NCBI GenBank assembly: GCA_046045965.1
Contig: JBJOKS010000023.1
Coordinates: forward strand, 37,677-101,676
Source: Cyanobacteriota bacterium
GTDB lineage: Bacteria; Cyanobacteriota; Cyanobacteriia; Cyanobacteriales; Nostocaceae
Direction of reading: 5' to 3'
Length of the DNA stretch: 64,000 bases
Shown here: piece by piece, positions 29,275 to 39,503 of the stretch
Layout of the letters: each line of letters starts with the position of its first letter
Numbering within the stretch: position 1 is the stretch's first letter
Notes under the pieces: model-generated
Told to the model about the DNA's origin: nothing
The model's database searches: none
The model's input: only the letters and a program-made list of their open reading frames with translations
Made by a program: the position numbers and the translations under genes

Positions 29275-30165
29275 TTAATTTTTCACCTCTTTTAACCAAC
29301 TTTCTAAATCAGCTAAACTGGTAAAATCTAATAAAGCTTCACTCAAATCTTCCAGTACAGATAACGGTAAAGCAGAAATTTCAGTGCGTCTTTCTGCTGA
29401 TAATTCTCCAAAACGTTTCTTTAACAGTTTGATAACTAGATTAACAGTTCCTTGTTCAATTCCTTGTTCAATTCCTTGTTCAATTCCTTGTTCAATTCCT
29501 TGTTTTCTTGCCTCTTCTTTGATATCTTGATACAATCGTGTTTCCTCAAATGTGATTCCTAGCATAGCTTCAGCCTCTCTACGGGTTAAATTTTCAAATT
29601 TGTAAGCGATGATAGTTGTGATCATCTCTATTATGACTTGACTGGATGATGTTGGTATTTCTTGTTTAGTTCTTGTTAATAAATACCTCGCTTCCTCCGG
29701 TGCTTGACTTTTCTCTAAGGTAGTTAGTACCATTAAGGCTACCCATACTGGTAATTGACGAATATCTCCTAATTCATCTAAGTAGATGCGATGAAATTGA
29801 TCTCCATTTAATAATGAACGATGGGGATAAATGTTACTCTGTTCTATATTACGCGATGGGTAAATTATAACAATTTGCCAATCACTAAACCTATCACTGT
29901 TGCGGTAAAAATACAGTGAGGATTCCGCAAATACCCTTTCGTAAAGAAATTCATCTTTCTGAAACTGCACCTCCGAAAAATAAACCGCACCCCTATTTTG
30001 ATTTTCCGGTGGTAAAAATACACCATCAATCTCAAATTTCGGTTCTTTGACAGCTACAGAATCAAATCGGTAAGCATCAGCATTTGCAGGAGGATTTTCC
30101 AAAAGCTGAAATAACAGCGATGGATATTGTTGAAAGAGTTTATAAAAAATGGAATCACGACGCAT
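29275..30165 (-). CDS. Rpn family recombination-promoting nuclease/putative transposase (DUF2887 plus DUF4351-like tail)
   Basis: MRRDSIFYKLF, EIDGVFLP, FSEVQFQ, (IEQG)n repeats and LSEALLDFTSLADLESWL. Confidence 0.85.
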   Translation of the reverse strand: MRRDSIFYKLFQQYPSLLFQLLENPPANADAYRFDSVAVKEPKFEIDGVFLPPENQNRGAVYFSEVQFQKDEFLYERVFAESSLYFYRNSDRFSDWQIVIIYPSRNIEQSNIYPHRSLLNGDQFHRIYLDELGDIRQLPVWVALMVLTTLEKSQAPEEARYLLTRTKQEIPTSSSQVIIEMITTIIAYKFENLTRREAEAMLGITFEETRLYQDIKEEARKQGIEQGIEQGIEQGIEQGTVNLVIKLLKKRFGELSAERRTEISALPLSVLEDLSEALLDFTSLADLESWLKEVKN

Positions 30166-30234
30166 GAATTATAATTTGCTGTACATAATAATTATTATAC
30201 AATTAATGTTAGAATAAATAGAGAAATTAACATT

Positions 30235-31200
30235 TTGATATCATCAAGGAATTATTCACAAATGGCTTTCTTCAATCAAAACGAACAACTAGAAAATCTC
30301 GGTAATGAAATCTTAGAAGCTACTTTTTCTAATTTCCCTAATTTAAACCGTGATCAAATTGCTTTAACATGGGTGGTGTATGATCCTCCTATTCCTGTAA
30401 ATACTGGTGGTGCGTTGACTCCTGATGCTTTTTGGAATCATGCTGTGAGAGGATTTAATTATCGTGGTGGAGAACGCATTTATCCTGCAAGTGTGGTGAA
30501 ATTGTTTTATTTAGTAGCGGTTCATGAATGGTTAGAAAAAGGCATGACTAACACTTCTAAGGAATTAGAACGTGCTTTGAATGATATGATTGTTGACTCT
30601 AGTAATGATGCTACCAGTTTAATTGTCGATATTATCAGCGGTACTACTTCTGGACCTGAGTTACCCAATGGACCTTTTGAAACTTGGAAATATCAACGCA
30701 ATATTATTAACCGCTATTATCAGTCCTTGGGTTGGGAAGAAATGACGAGTATTAATGTTTGTCAAAAAACTTGGGGTGATGGTCCCTATGGAAGAGAAAG
30801 GGCATTTTATGGTGAAATGTTTGAAAATCGCAATATGCTGACTGCCAATGCTACGGCTAGGTTATTGCATAGTATCGTGGGTGGGGTTGCCGTGTCGAGT
30901 GGGCGATCGCAATCCATGATGTCTTTACTCAAACGCAGTATTAACCCTGATGAGTTACCCCAAGATGTGGAAGAAGACCAGGTTACAGGCTTCTTAGGCG
31001 GTGGTTTACCTCAAAATAGTCAAATCTGGTCAAAAGCCGGTTGGACAAGTTCTGTGCGCCATGATGCGGCTTATATTGAATTACCAGATCAGCGTCCTTA
31101 TTTGTTAGTTGTATTTACGGAAGGGAAAACACAAGCTAAGAGTCGGGAAATTTTACCTTTTGTTTCGGGAAAAATTGCGGAAGCTGTTAGCAATTTATAA
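30235..31200 (+). CDS. Serine hydrolase, class A beta-lactamase-like/PBP-A family
   Basis: SxxK (PASVVKL), SSNDA and SKAG motifs. Likely start is the ATG at 30262. Confidence 0.85.
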   Translation: MISSRNYSQMAFFNQNEQLENLGNEILEATFSNFPNLNRDQIALTWVVYDPPIPVNTGGALTPDAFWNHAVRGFNYRGGERIYPASVVKLFYLVAVHEWLEKGMTNTSKELERALNDMIVDSSNDATSLIVDIISGTTSGPELPNGPFETWKYQRNIINRYYQSLGWEEMTSINVCQKTWGDGPYGRERAFYGEMFENRNMLTANATARLLHSIVGGVAVSSGRSQSMMSLLKRSINPDELPQDVEEDQVTGFLGGGLPQNSQIWSKAGWTSSVRHDAAYIELPDQRPYLLVVFTEGKTQAKSREILPFVSGKIAEAVSNL

Positions 31201-31291
31201 ACATGATATGAGTGGTGCGTTAATAGCATTTGACGCACTATTTTTATCACCAAATATTACTAAGTTATAAATTTGTTGTAAAAATATAGCT

Positions 31292-31963
31292 TTAAAATTT
31301 AACCCGTCGATAAATTTCTTTAATGGGAAGTTCCACATTTAAACTATGCAGAAAAACTGACTTATCAATCTGATCATAAACTTGCAATTGCCAAAGATTA
31401 TTATTTTGATCTTCCTGTTTATAATACTGCTCAATATAAGGTTCAGTTTGACTAACCAGCACATATTCACAAAAACTAGGAAGAGAGCGATATTTTCTGA
31501 ATTTATCCCCTCTATCATAACCTTCAGTAGAAGGAGAAAGAACTTCAATAATTAGTAGAGGATTGAGAATTTCATCCGTGCGATTATTATTAAATTCCGG
31601 TTCACCATTAATCACCAGAACATCTGCATAAGTTCCATGATTAAAATTAGGAATCCAAACCCGCAAATCACTACCATAAAAACGAAAATCAGTATCTCTG
31701 AGTAAAAATCCCAAATAAATTAAAATATTACTAGCGATCGCACTATGAATTTCTGAACCTCCAGGCCTAATAATAATCTCTCCGTTGCGGTATTCGTGAC
31801 GTTCTTCGGCGGTTTCCTCCATCTCTCTATACTCATCTGGAGTAAAGTGAGTTTTTGTCATTTCTGGGGTAATAATTGGTGGGTTGGTATTAGCAATAAC
31901 CATCATCTCACCTCCTGAATAATTAGAACTAAAACTATTATAACTTACAGCATCATTCAGCAT
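31292..31963 (-). CDS. Uma2 family endonuclease
   Basis: HEYRNGEI, YADVLVI and IIEVLSPSTEGYDRGDKF motifs. Likely start is ~31906, with an AGGAGG RBS. Confidence 0.9.
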   Translation of the reverse strand: MLNDAVSYNSFSSNYSGGEMMVIANTNPPIITPEMTKTHFTPDEYREMEETAEERHEYRNGEIIIRPGGSEIHSAIASNILIYLGFLLRDTDFRFYGSDLRVWIPNFNHGTYADVLVINGEPEFNNNRTDEILNPLLIIEVLSPSTEGYDRGDKFRKYRSLPSFCEYVLVSQTEPYIEQYYKQEDQNNNLWQLQVYDQIDKSVFLHSLNVELPIKEIYRRVKF

Positions 31964-31964
31964 T

Positions 31965-32930
31965 TTAGACCCCGTGAATATCTACACAAGGTTCACCGTG
32001 ACAATGATTAACTTCCACAGAAACATGAGCAAGAGACGGAATATCTTTCAGCAGATTTTTATAATATTCTGGTGTTTGCGGGTAATGAGTAACTAAAGAA
32101 ATTGTAGCTGCTAAATGATGCTGACCAACATACCAAATATGCAAATCTGTAATGCGATTATCAGCATTTTCTTCAATGGTATTAACAATAGCTAACTTTG
32201 TTTGTTTATCAACTGTTCCATCTAGCAAAATTGAACCAGTATCACGTACCAAACCATAGGACCATTTGGCAATTACAGCAGCACCAACAAACCCCATAGC
32301 CGCATCCATCCAAACCCAACCTAAAAACTTACCAGCAAATAAAGCAATAATCGCAAACACAGAAGTTAGTGCATCTGCCAAAACATGAATATAAGCCGCA
32401 CGCAGGTTATGATCTTGATGGTCATGGTGATCATGATGGTCATGATGATGGTGATCATCTTCATGGTCATGGTGATGATGATCTTGCAATAAAAAAGCAC
32501 TGGCTATATTAACAACTAAGCCAATTATAGCCACACCAATTGCTTCATTAAATTGAATATTTTGCGGTTGAAAAAAACGCCCTAGTGATTCAATTCCCAT
32601 CACAAAAGCGATGACTGCAAGTGCAACAGCACTAGCGAAACCTCCCAAAACGCTGACTTTTCCTGTGCCAAAAGTATATTTAGGATTATTGGCATTATTT
32701 CGCGCATATTGATAGGCAAAAATTGTAATTCCAAAAGCTGCAACATGGGTGGCCATGTGCCAACCATCAGCCAGCAAAGCCATTGAACCAAAAATTACGC
32801 CAGCGACAATTTCCGCAACCATCGTTAATGCCGTCAGCAGCATCACTATTTTAGTATTTCTTTCTGCTTGATTTTGGTTAACAGAAAAGTCGTGAGAATG
32901 TTGCCATTGTTCAAGGGTATGAATATGCAC
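31965..32930 (-). CDS. dmeF: CDF family Co/Ni efflux transporter DmeF-like
   Basis: SMALLADGWHMATH, His-rich loop, NLRAAYIHVLADALTS. Confidence 0.88.
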   Translation of the reverse strand: MHIHTLEQWQHSHDFSVNQNQAERNTKIVMLLTALTMVAEIVAGVIFGSMALLADGWHMATHVAAFGITIFAYQYARNNANNPKYTFGTGKVSVLGGFASAVALAVIAFVMGIESLGRFFQPQNIQFNEAIGVAIIGLVVNIASAFLLQDHHHHDHEDDHHHHDHHDHHDHQDHNLRAAYIHVLADALTSVFAIIALFAGKFLGWVWMDAAMGFVGAAVIAKWSYGLVRDTGSILLDGTVDKQTKLAIVNTIEENADNRITDLHIWYVGQHHLAATISLVTHYPQTPEYYKNLLKDIPSLAHVSVEVNHCHGEPCVDIHGV

Positions 32931-32954
32931 GTATTTTTTACACTCCTTTTAATA

Positions 32955-33070
32955 GGGGACTGGGGACTGGGGACTGGGGAAAAGCAGGGGAGCAGGGAGC
33001 AGGGAGCAGGGAGCAGGGAGCAGGGGGAAATTATTTGTATTTTCCCAATTAGCAATTACCAATTACCAGC
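32955..33070. repeat. STRR cluster (GGGGACT)n/(CAGGGAG)n/(TTACCAA)n
   Basis: Direct reading of the intergenic sequence. Confidence 0.85.
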
Positions 33071-33116
33071 CACAAGTAGAAGCTGCATAATTGGGATTAA
33101 TATCCTATTTTTGAGT

Positions 33117-36100
33117 TTATAAATCTCTCTCAAATTCTGTCAAGAACCTTAACGCTTTCAGAATATAATTAGCGCAATCTCTGGGTGAAGTGTTGTAAAA
33201 ATGAGGCCATGCTAAACCTTTATCTTCATCATAGCGATCGCTCCGTTGAGGATGATTTTCTAACCACGCTAACCGCACTGCGTGACCAATTAATACATCT
33301 AAAACTAGATAATCTTGAATTTGCAAGTTAGGGTTATTTGCCGCTATTGCTGCTAATTCCATTAATGCTTCTACATTAACTTGGCGATATTCTGGCGCTT
33401 CAATTTTATTCAGTAAATGTTCAATTTTTAGGGCAAAATTCCTTTCACCTGCTGTCATTTCCGAAATCATCAATTCACTTTCTAAGCGATTGCGTCTTTC
33501 TAATTTATCACCAATTACTAAACCCTTACAATGGTGCATTAATAACCAAACCTGTTGAAAAAAGCCTTTGGGAACACGATTTATTGCCCCTTCAGCTTGG
33601 CGAAATCTACGCCAATTTTCTGGCTCAACTTCAATTTCTTCTTCTTCGCTAATTACAGGTTGCACTACCCAAGCAATATCACTTTCTTTTTGCTTAATAT
33701 GTAGTGATTCTTGTTGACGTAATAATCCAGTAACACCACTATAGCTAGTTAATACTTTTTGCAAACGCATTTTCACTTCATAAGGTGAAAGCTGCATGAC
33801 ATGATCATAAGCTTCGTCTTGAGTAACGCCCAATTCTTGAGCTAATTCGCTAGTAATTAAGAGTATTAAATAACCAACTCTCAGTGTTAACAGTCCTTTA
33901 AATAACTCTGGTTCTGATTTGATTAACACACCTAAATAAATGAGAATTTCTTGGGTTAAAACGCGATCGCGTATATCCTCCCGACAGAAATTATTAATCT
34001 TCTCCGCAATTTCATGATGTGATTTTGGTACAATTATTAACGAAGCTTCACTATAAGCCCTACCTACAGCAATTTGCTTACCTCTTACCAAAATACTTGT
34101 CACCGCATCCGATAAACCAATATCCACCATTTGGCGTAAAGCCGCAGCCCGACGCACCACCGCCCACAAGCCTGAATAACTGGCTTTGGTGTACACTTCA
34201 TCCAATAAATCACCCACTGTCACTGGATAACCATCTTTACCATAACCAGTATCAAATTCTAACCCTTTTAACCGGGTTAAAGTTTGCAGCACTTCAATTT
34301 GTCCATAAATATTTTCTGAGGAATGTAAATAACTAAGTAACGCATCTAAGTTAGTTTCACATTCAATTTGGAATTCTTGAATATGTCCCAACCGCCAATT
34401 TTTTTGAGGATGAAAAATCAGATAATAACAACGCATTCCCGCATTTTTTACAGGAGAACGAAATAATTCTGCTTCAGGAATAAAATCAATCCTTTGAATA
34501 GCAGCAGTCAGCATTAATTGATTTAATTTTCCTAATTTTACTTTCACGCCACCACATACACCATCTTTGAGTTCTTGCATTAATTCTAATAATGCTTCTG
34601 AGCCAGTTTCTAGCATTGTGCGGGTGATCATAAAAGTCAAAGTTGGACGACCTAAATCACTCCAATATTTTTGAATATATGCTAATTCACCTCTGATTTG
34701 ATCAAGTAAAAAATGGTAATCTAGAGTTAAATAAAATTGTTGTGAATCTAAAAATGAAGGTAAAAAGACGACTGTTTGATCTTGAATCCGGTAAATTCTG
34801 GATATGGTCAAACTCCTTAACCTTCGCACTGGACGACCAGTTAAACCTAATTTATCATTCCGCCCAATTTGAGTATAAATTTGTGATAGTTCCCCAGCTT
34901 GTCTAACTTGAATTGGTTCTACTTGGTTGGGTGTTTGGCTTTCAATTCCATGTACTTCTAGTTGCGCTTGTAATTCTTCATCTTCTGCTAACAAAGCAAT
35001 TTGCACCATTGCTTCCCGATTTTTACCCACACGCAAATGTCTACCCAAAGGATCAATATCACCTACCGCGATTAACCCTTCACTCAACATTTGACCAAGA
35101 AAATATAGACTTTGCGCCCAAACTAAGGGAATATTTTCATTTGGTAATCTTGTTTGTGAATGTGGTTCTAATTTTTCAGCTTCAATCTTGTCTTCTGGCA
35201 CATAATACAGTTCTGGTAATAACTGTAAACCATCCCTTTCTACAAGTAATTCCTCTAAAAGTTCTTGGTATTTTTTAACTTGTTCTTGGTCTTGGCGGAA
35301 AATTCCATCAAGCATTAAATAAGTAAAAAATAACGGCCATTCACATTCAATATTCTCAAATTGTTTCAGTTCCCAAGGTTCATAATGTAATCGGTGTGAG
35401 TCTTCTAAAACGGTTTGATGTCCATCTCTCAAAAAGCGTTTACAGCCATATTTACCTCCCAGTTTATTGATAATTTCGTTAAGTGTGCGTTGCTGCAACT
35501 GCACATCTTCTACTGCAAAAGCAGGATAACCAATAATACTCAACAATGCTGCATCAACTTCTTTAGATGCAGACTCTCTTGGTAATAAAGATTCTAAGGT
35601 AATTTTCGCCCTAGCAATTTCATCTGGTAAAACATGAATTACTGATGCTTGACTACCATTGACACCAAATAAATTTAGTCCATTCATTGCTTCTAGTGCA
35701 GCTTTAGCCATACCTAGAGAACTGGCGTTTAATTCTGCATTACCATGATTAATTTTGTTACCTCTCTCCCAAATGCCAAAATCTGGTGTGCGGTAAGCTC
35801 TACCAATGTAATAAACCAAATTCTGGACAAAGTTCACCTCATCTAAGGTAAAAATAATTGATAATCCTGCTGCTGTCATTTGCGCCAACATCAGCAAATA
35901 TATAGATGTGGCATCTAGTTGTAAATGTCCCCATTCATCATCACCAACGACAATATCACCTGTTGCTGTGTTATATTTGGCGTGCAGTCCATCAAGTAAA
36001 GATTGTGTGTGTTTGAAAGTTTCTACTTTATGTGCCTGTCGCATCATAGCGAAAAGCAAACCCCGCATTAATTTAACAACACTATATTCGAGTTCGTAGG

Positions 36101-36329
36101 TACGTCCTTGATCATCGTCTATTTTCCGGTATGCTAGTGCTAAACCCCAAACTGCCAAAATGCTATAAACGTTGTCTCTTACCCAAGCATCTGTATAATC
36201 ACCATGAGCGGTAATTGCTGTACTCGCAGGTAACAAACCAGTGATGGGATTTTGACGAGCGAGAATAATTGTCTTGATTTGCTGGTAGTAAGAATCTAAG
36301 CTAGTTGGCAGTGTTGTGGGTGTTTTCAT
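33117..36329 (-). CDS. GH15-fold protein homologous to phosphorylase kinase alpha/beta subunits
   Basis: AWVRDNVY, WGHLQLDATS, PDFGIWERG, YGCKRFLRDG, ECEWPLF, PLVWAQSL and a C-terminal APEYRQVNVEAL. Confidence 0.85.
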   Translation of the reverse strand: MKTPTTLPTSLDSYYQQIKTIILARQNPITGLLPASTAITAHGDYTDAWVRDNVYSILAVWGLALAYRKIDDDQGRTYELEYSVVKLMRGLLFAMMRQAHKVETFKHTQSLLDGLHAKYNTATGDIVVGDDEWGHLQLDATSIYLLMLAQMTAAGLSIIFTLDEVNFVQNLVYYIGRAYRTPDFGIWERGNKINHGNAELNASSLGMAKAALEAMNGLNLFGVNGSQASVIHVLPDEIARAKITLESLLPRESASKEVDAALLSIIGYPAFAVEDVQLQQRTLNEIINKLGGKYGCKRFLRDGHQTVLEDSHRLHYEPWELKQFENIECEWPLFFTYLMLDGIFRQDQEQVKKYQELLEELLVERDGLQLLPELYYVPEDKIEAEKLEPHSQTRLPNENIPLVWAQSLYFLGQMLSEGLIAVGDIDPLGRHLRVGKNREAMVQIALLAEDEELQAQLEVHGIESQTPNQVEPIQVRQAGELSQIYTQIGRNDKLGLTGRPVRRLRSLTISRIYRIQDQTVVFLPSFLDSQQFYLTLDYHFLLDQIRGELAYIQKYWSDLGRPTLTFMITRTMLETGSEALLELMQELKDGVCGGVKVKLGKLNQLMLTAAIQRIDFIPEAELFRSPVKNAGMRCYYLIFHPQKNWRLGHIQEFQIECETNLDALLSYLHSSENIYGQIEVLQTLTRLKGLEFDTGYGKDGYPVTVGDLLDEVYTKASYSGLWAVVRRAAALRQMVDIGLSDAVTSILVRGKQIAVGRAYSEASLIIVPKSHHEIAEKINNFCREDIRDRVLTQEILIYLGVLIKSEPELFKGLLTLRVGYLILLITSELAQELGVTQDEAYDHVMQLSPYEVKMRLQKVLTSYSGVTGLLRQQESLHIKQKESDIAWVVQPVISEEEEIEVEPENWRRFRQAEGAINRVPKGFFQQVWLLMHHCKGLVIGDKLERRNRLESELMISEMTAGERNFALKIEHLLNKIEAPEYRQVNVEALMELAAIAANNPNLQIQDYLVLDVLIGHAVRLAWLENHPQRSDRYDEDKGLAWPHFYNTSPRDCANYILKALRFLTEFERDL

Positions 36330-36713
36330 AAGTTGCTTGGGAAGTGCTGGGGAAATTAAACCCTGTTGCTGTCAGGTAAATGTCTCTGCTAAAGTAGGAA
36401 ATCAATTGATAAATAATGAGGAAATTACCGTTGATGATTGGTGTTTATTTATATATTTTATTACACATCACTAAGATGTCTTTTTAGTAATTATATCTAA
36501 GAATTTACACTTACATCATTACTTGGTAACTTGTTCAAATCTTTATCATATTCCAGGCTATTTTTCAATAATTTAAGCTTTTTTTTGTTATTATATAGAA
36601 AAGAAGAAAAAGCACTTACCAAAGGCGAAGCACTCAAAAACACATTTTTATATTATATATATCAATACCTTTAAAGACAAGAAAAATTTGTAACAGACAA
36701 GAGAGGATATGTT

Positions 36714-36848
36714 ATGTCTTTACGTTACAACGAAAACCACGCTCCTTTGCTCAAAGTAGTTTACTCCCAAGTAAAAGTTAATGGCAAAACTGAATTAGTA
36801 CCTCTCGAACTTTATGCTGATGGTTCGCTCAAACGTGGTAATGTTTGA
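36714..36848 (+). CDS. 44-aa small protein (not in the ORF track)
   Basis: MSLRYNENHAPLLKVVYSQVKVNGKTELVPLELYADGSLKRGNV*, with a GAGAGGA RBS upstream and a terminator-like hairpin downstream. Confidence 0.6.
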   Translation: MSLRYNENHAPLLKVVYSQVKVNGKTELVPLELYADGSLKRGNV

Positions 36849-36956
36849 TTCAAACTTAAATATAAAGATTCAAGCTTTGATGATTGTATGTTTTTGTTAC
36901 TTGATTTTTTCCCAATGAATAACTTATGAATATTGAGCCTGTGTTTTTAATATCAT

Positions 36957-36998
36957 AAACCCCCCCTGACATTCTTGGTTTGGGGGGTTTAAATTTTT
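36957..36998 (+). terminator. Intrinsic terminator
   Basis: AAACCCCCC...GGGGGGTTT stem followed by AAATTTTTT. Confidence 0.65.
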
Positions 36999-37165
36999 TG
37001 GGGATGGAATAGGGAAGAGGGAACAGCCCTTATGCAGATATTACCATCACTGCTGGAAAAATTGGTGTAATCAATTATTCAGAACCTACTATTTGTAAAT
37101 TGTCTTTTTGATGATACTCATGACCAATGATCAATCACTAATGACAAAGTTACAGTTACTAATGG

Positions 37166-37498
37166 ATGCCTAAAACGATATCATATAAGGCATCACTTCA
37201 GACATCACAGACTGAACGCGCCATGAAAGTAGAAACTATTCGCACGACGTTAACCATCCCGAAAGAATTGCTGGAAGCCACTGATAAAGCGGTGTTAGAG
37301 GGAAAAGCCAAAAATCGGAATGATTTTGTAGTGCAAGCTTTGAAGAGGGAATTAGCAGCACAAAAACGAGCCGAGATTGATGCCGCTTTAGCGGAAATGA
37401 CGAGAGATCCAGATTATCAAGCAGAAGTTTTAAGAATGGAGGCTGAATTTGCTACGGCGCAATGGGAAGCGTTGCAGCTAGGGGAATCTCCAAGATGA
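37166..37498 (+). CDS. Ribbon-helix-helix (CopG-like) antitoxin
   Basis: IRTTLTIPKELLEATDKAV...NRNDFVVQAL; ATGA overlap with the toxin. Start may be 37223. Confidence 0.8.
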   Translation: MPKTISYKASLQTSQTERAMKVETIRTTLTIPKELLEATDKAVLEGKAKNRNDFVVQALKRELAAQKRAEIDAALAEMTRDPDYQAEVLRMEAEFATAQWEALQLGESPR

Positions 37499-37857
37499 GA
37501 AGGGGTGAAGTGTATGATGCGCGTCTAGAAATGACTGAAGGTTCAGAACAAGGAGGAACTCGCCCCGTAATTATTGTCAGTCGTGACGTGATTAATCTAT
37601 CCAGCCCAGTTGTTTTGGCAGTACCCTGTACGACTTATCAAAGCGGGAAGAGGGTTTACCCAACTCAAGTTTTAATTTTAGCACCAGATGGCGGACTCAG
37701 GAAAGACTCGATCGCAATGGCAGATCAGGTGCGTGTGTTATCCAAAACGCGCTTTTTGCGGTTACGAGGTGTACTTTCTGAGGTGGTGATGGCACATTTA
37801 GCGCAGGCTTTGTTAATCGCTTTGGATCTACCAGGAGAAGCAGATATTAACAGTTAA
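37495..37857 (+). CDS. PemK/MazF family endoribonuclease toxin
   Basis: MRRGEVYDA...GSEQGGTRPVIIVS...DSIAMADQVRVLSK. True start is the ATG at 37495, overlapping the antitoxin stop. Confidence 0.9.
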   Translation: MRRGEVYDARLEMTEGSEQGGTRPVIIVSRDVINLSSPVVLAVPCTTYQSGKRVYPTQVLILAPDGGLRKDSIAMADQVRVLSKTRFLRLRGVLSEVVMAHLAQALLIALDLPGEADINS

Positions 37858-37861
37858 CAGA

Positions 37862-37983
<122 letters not shown>

Positions 37984-38049
37984 AAAAGTATGTGAGGATA
38001 GAATCTCAATCCTATCCCCACAAACAGGCTGATATATGCTGTAATAGCA

Positions 38050-38211
38050 TCAGCGACGTTTGGCTGTACTGCGTTTAAGTTCGCGGCTTTCGTCTTCTCG
38101 ACGACGGCGATCGCGCCAATCTGCCAAGGTTAAATAAACTACACCACCTGTAACTCCTACTAGCAGCACTGCGGCTATCAAAGCCAAAATACCCAGTAAT
38201 GGACTTTCCAC
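38050..38211 (-). CDS. 53-aa single-TM small protein downstream of petN
   Basis: GTG start; MESPLLGILALIAAVLLVGVTGGVVYLTLADWRDRRRREDESRELKRSTAKRR*; begins 7 nt after the petN stop. Confidence 0.7.
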   Translation of the reverse strand: MESPLLGILALIAAVLLVGVTGGVVYLTLADWRDRRRREDESRELKRSTAKRR

Positions 38212-38218
38212 GATTCTT

Positions 38219-38305
38219 CTATAGTCCGTTGCGTCCCCAGACTACCATAGAAATCGACCAAGTGAACACAACCAAAAGTGATACCCAACCCAGTGTCAAA
38301 ATCAT
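38219..38305 (-). CDS. petN: Cytochrome b6f subunit PetN
   Basis: [28 protein letters not shown], the PetN signature; too short for the ORF track. Confidence 0.95.
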   Translation of the reverse strand: MILTLGWVSLLVVFTWSISMVVWGRNGL

Positions 38306-38406
38306 AGTTCTACTTTTCAAATAATTGCAAAAGGTTTCTAATGTTTATCATACCGGGAAAAGGTGGTAGATTGTTCATTCGTGTTTACAGGAGGTAGGCC
38401 AAGTTT

Positions 38407-38886
38407 ATGGAACTAATGCAAGAAAGGTTAGAATCTCTAAAAGCAGGGACGATTGGTGGTTTATCTGTTGGTTCTGCTTTCTTAGTCACAACTGTTGTTA
38501 ATGAGTTGTTGCTAAAACAGTATTTTCCTATACTGAATATTCATCAAGTCCCGCTAATTAATTTACAAATCATTAATGCACAAATTAATTTACAATTTAT
38601 ACTGGGTGCTGTAATTGCAGGTTTTTCTGGTTTTCTATTTGGTGTCACCTACCGTTATATCATCAGATTAGATAAAAATAGTCACCTCAAATCTGGTGCT
38701 GTATTTGCTTTTGGTTTGGTGCGAGGATTAACTCAAATAGAATTTGGCTGGAATTTAAATAATACACTTTTACCGTTTTTGATCTTAGCAGCAGAAAGTA
38801 TTTTCTGGTTTTCTTTAGCAGCTAATGTTCTCGATACGGCTATTTTATTTAGTTGGTTAAAACCGTTTTCTTCAACTGAAAACTAA
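38407..38886 (+). CDS. Conserved-type membrane protein
   Basis: ERLESLKAG...LFGVTYRYIIR.D.NSHLKSGAVFAFGLVRGL; GGAGG RBS upstream. Confidence 0.75.
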   Translation: MELMQERLESLKAGTIGGLSVGSAFLVTTVVNELLLKQYFPILNIHQVPLINLQIINAQINLQFILGAVIAGFSGFLFGVTYRYIIRLDKNSHLKSGAVFAFGLVRGLTQIEFGWNLNNTLLPFLILAAESIFWFSLAANVLDTAILFSWLKPFSSTEN

Positions 38887-38916
38887 TATCCTAAACTTCT
38901 TTAGTAAGTCGCGTAT

Positions 38917-39498
38917 TTGCTTAACTTTACCAATTACCAATTCTCTATGAATCGCTACTTTCTGATCATTGATCTTGAAGCTACTTGTTGTGACAAACGT
39001 ACATTTCCCCGTCATGAAATGGAAATGATTGAAATTGGTGCAGTGATGCTAAATCGCCAAACCTGGGAAATTGATTCTGAGTTTCAACAATTTATTAAAC
39101 CAGTGAGAAATCCTCAATTGACAGAATTCTGTACAAATTTAACGAGTATTTCCCAAGAACAAGTTGACGCTGCACCTACTTTTCCTGAAGTCATCTTAAA
39201 ATTAACAGAGTGGATGAATTCATTTTCTCATTATATATTTTGTTCTTGGGGGAATTACGATAAAACACAATTTTTACAAGATTGCAAATTTCATCATGTC
39301 CCCTATCCTTTTGGTGCAGAACACAGAAATATCAAAAAAGAATTTTCTGAATATTTGGGTGTATCTAATAAATTTGGTATGAAACAGGCATTGGAACATT
39401 TGGGAATGGAATTAAAAGGCATACATCACAGAGGTATTGATGATGCCCGAAATATTGCTGCAATTTATCGTTATATGCAAACTACAAAAATCAGTTAA
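38917..39498 (+). CDS. DEDDh 3'-5' exonuclease (ERI1/KapD-like)
   Basis: IIDLEATC, EMIEIGAV, WGNYD and HHRGIDDARN motifs. Likely start is 38947. Confidence 0.9.
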   Translation: MLNFTNYQFSMNRYFLIIDLEATCCDKRTFPRHEMEMIEIGAVMLNRQTWEIDSEFQQFIKPVRNPQLTEFCTNLTSISQEQVDAAPTFPEVILKLTEWMNSFSHYIFCSWGNYDKTQFLQDCKFHHVPYPFGAEHRNIKKEFSEYLGVSNKFGMKQALEHLGMELKGIHHRGIDDARNIAAIYRYMQTTKIS

Positions 39499-39503
39499 AT
39501 TGA

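Noticed and set aside
30235..31200. Antibiotic-resistance beta-lactamase
   Set aside because: The motifs fit the chromosomal cyanobacterial serine hydrolase/PBP-A-like family; there is no signal peptide or mobile context.
32846..33122. ORFs 32846-33055 and 32868-33122
   Set aside because: Translated intergenic STRR repeats.
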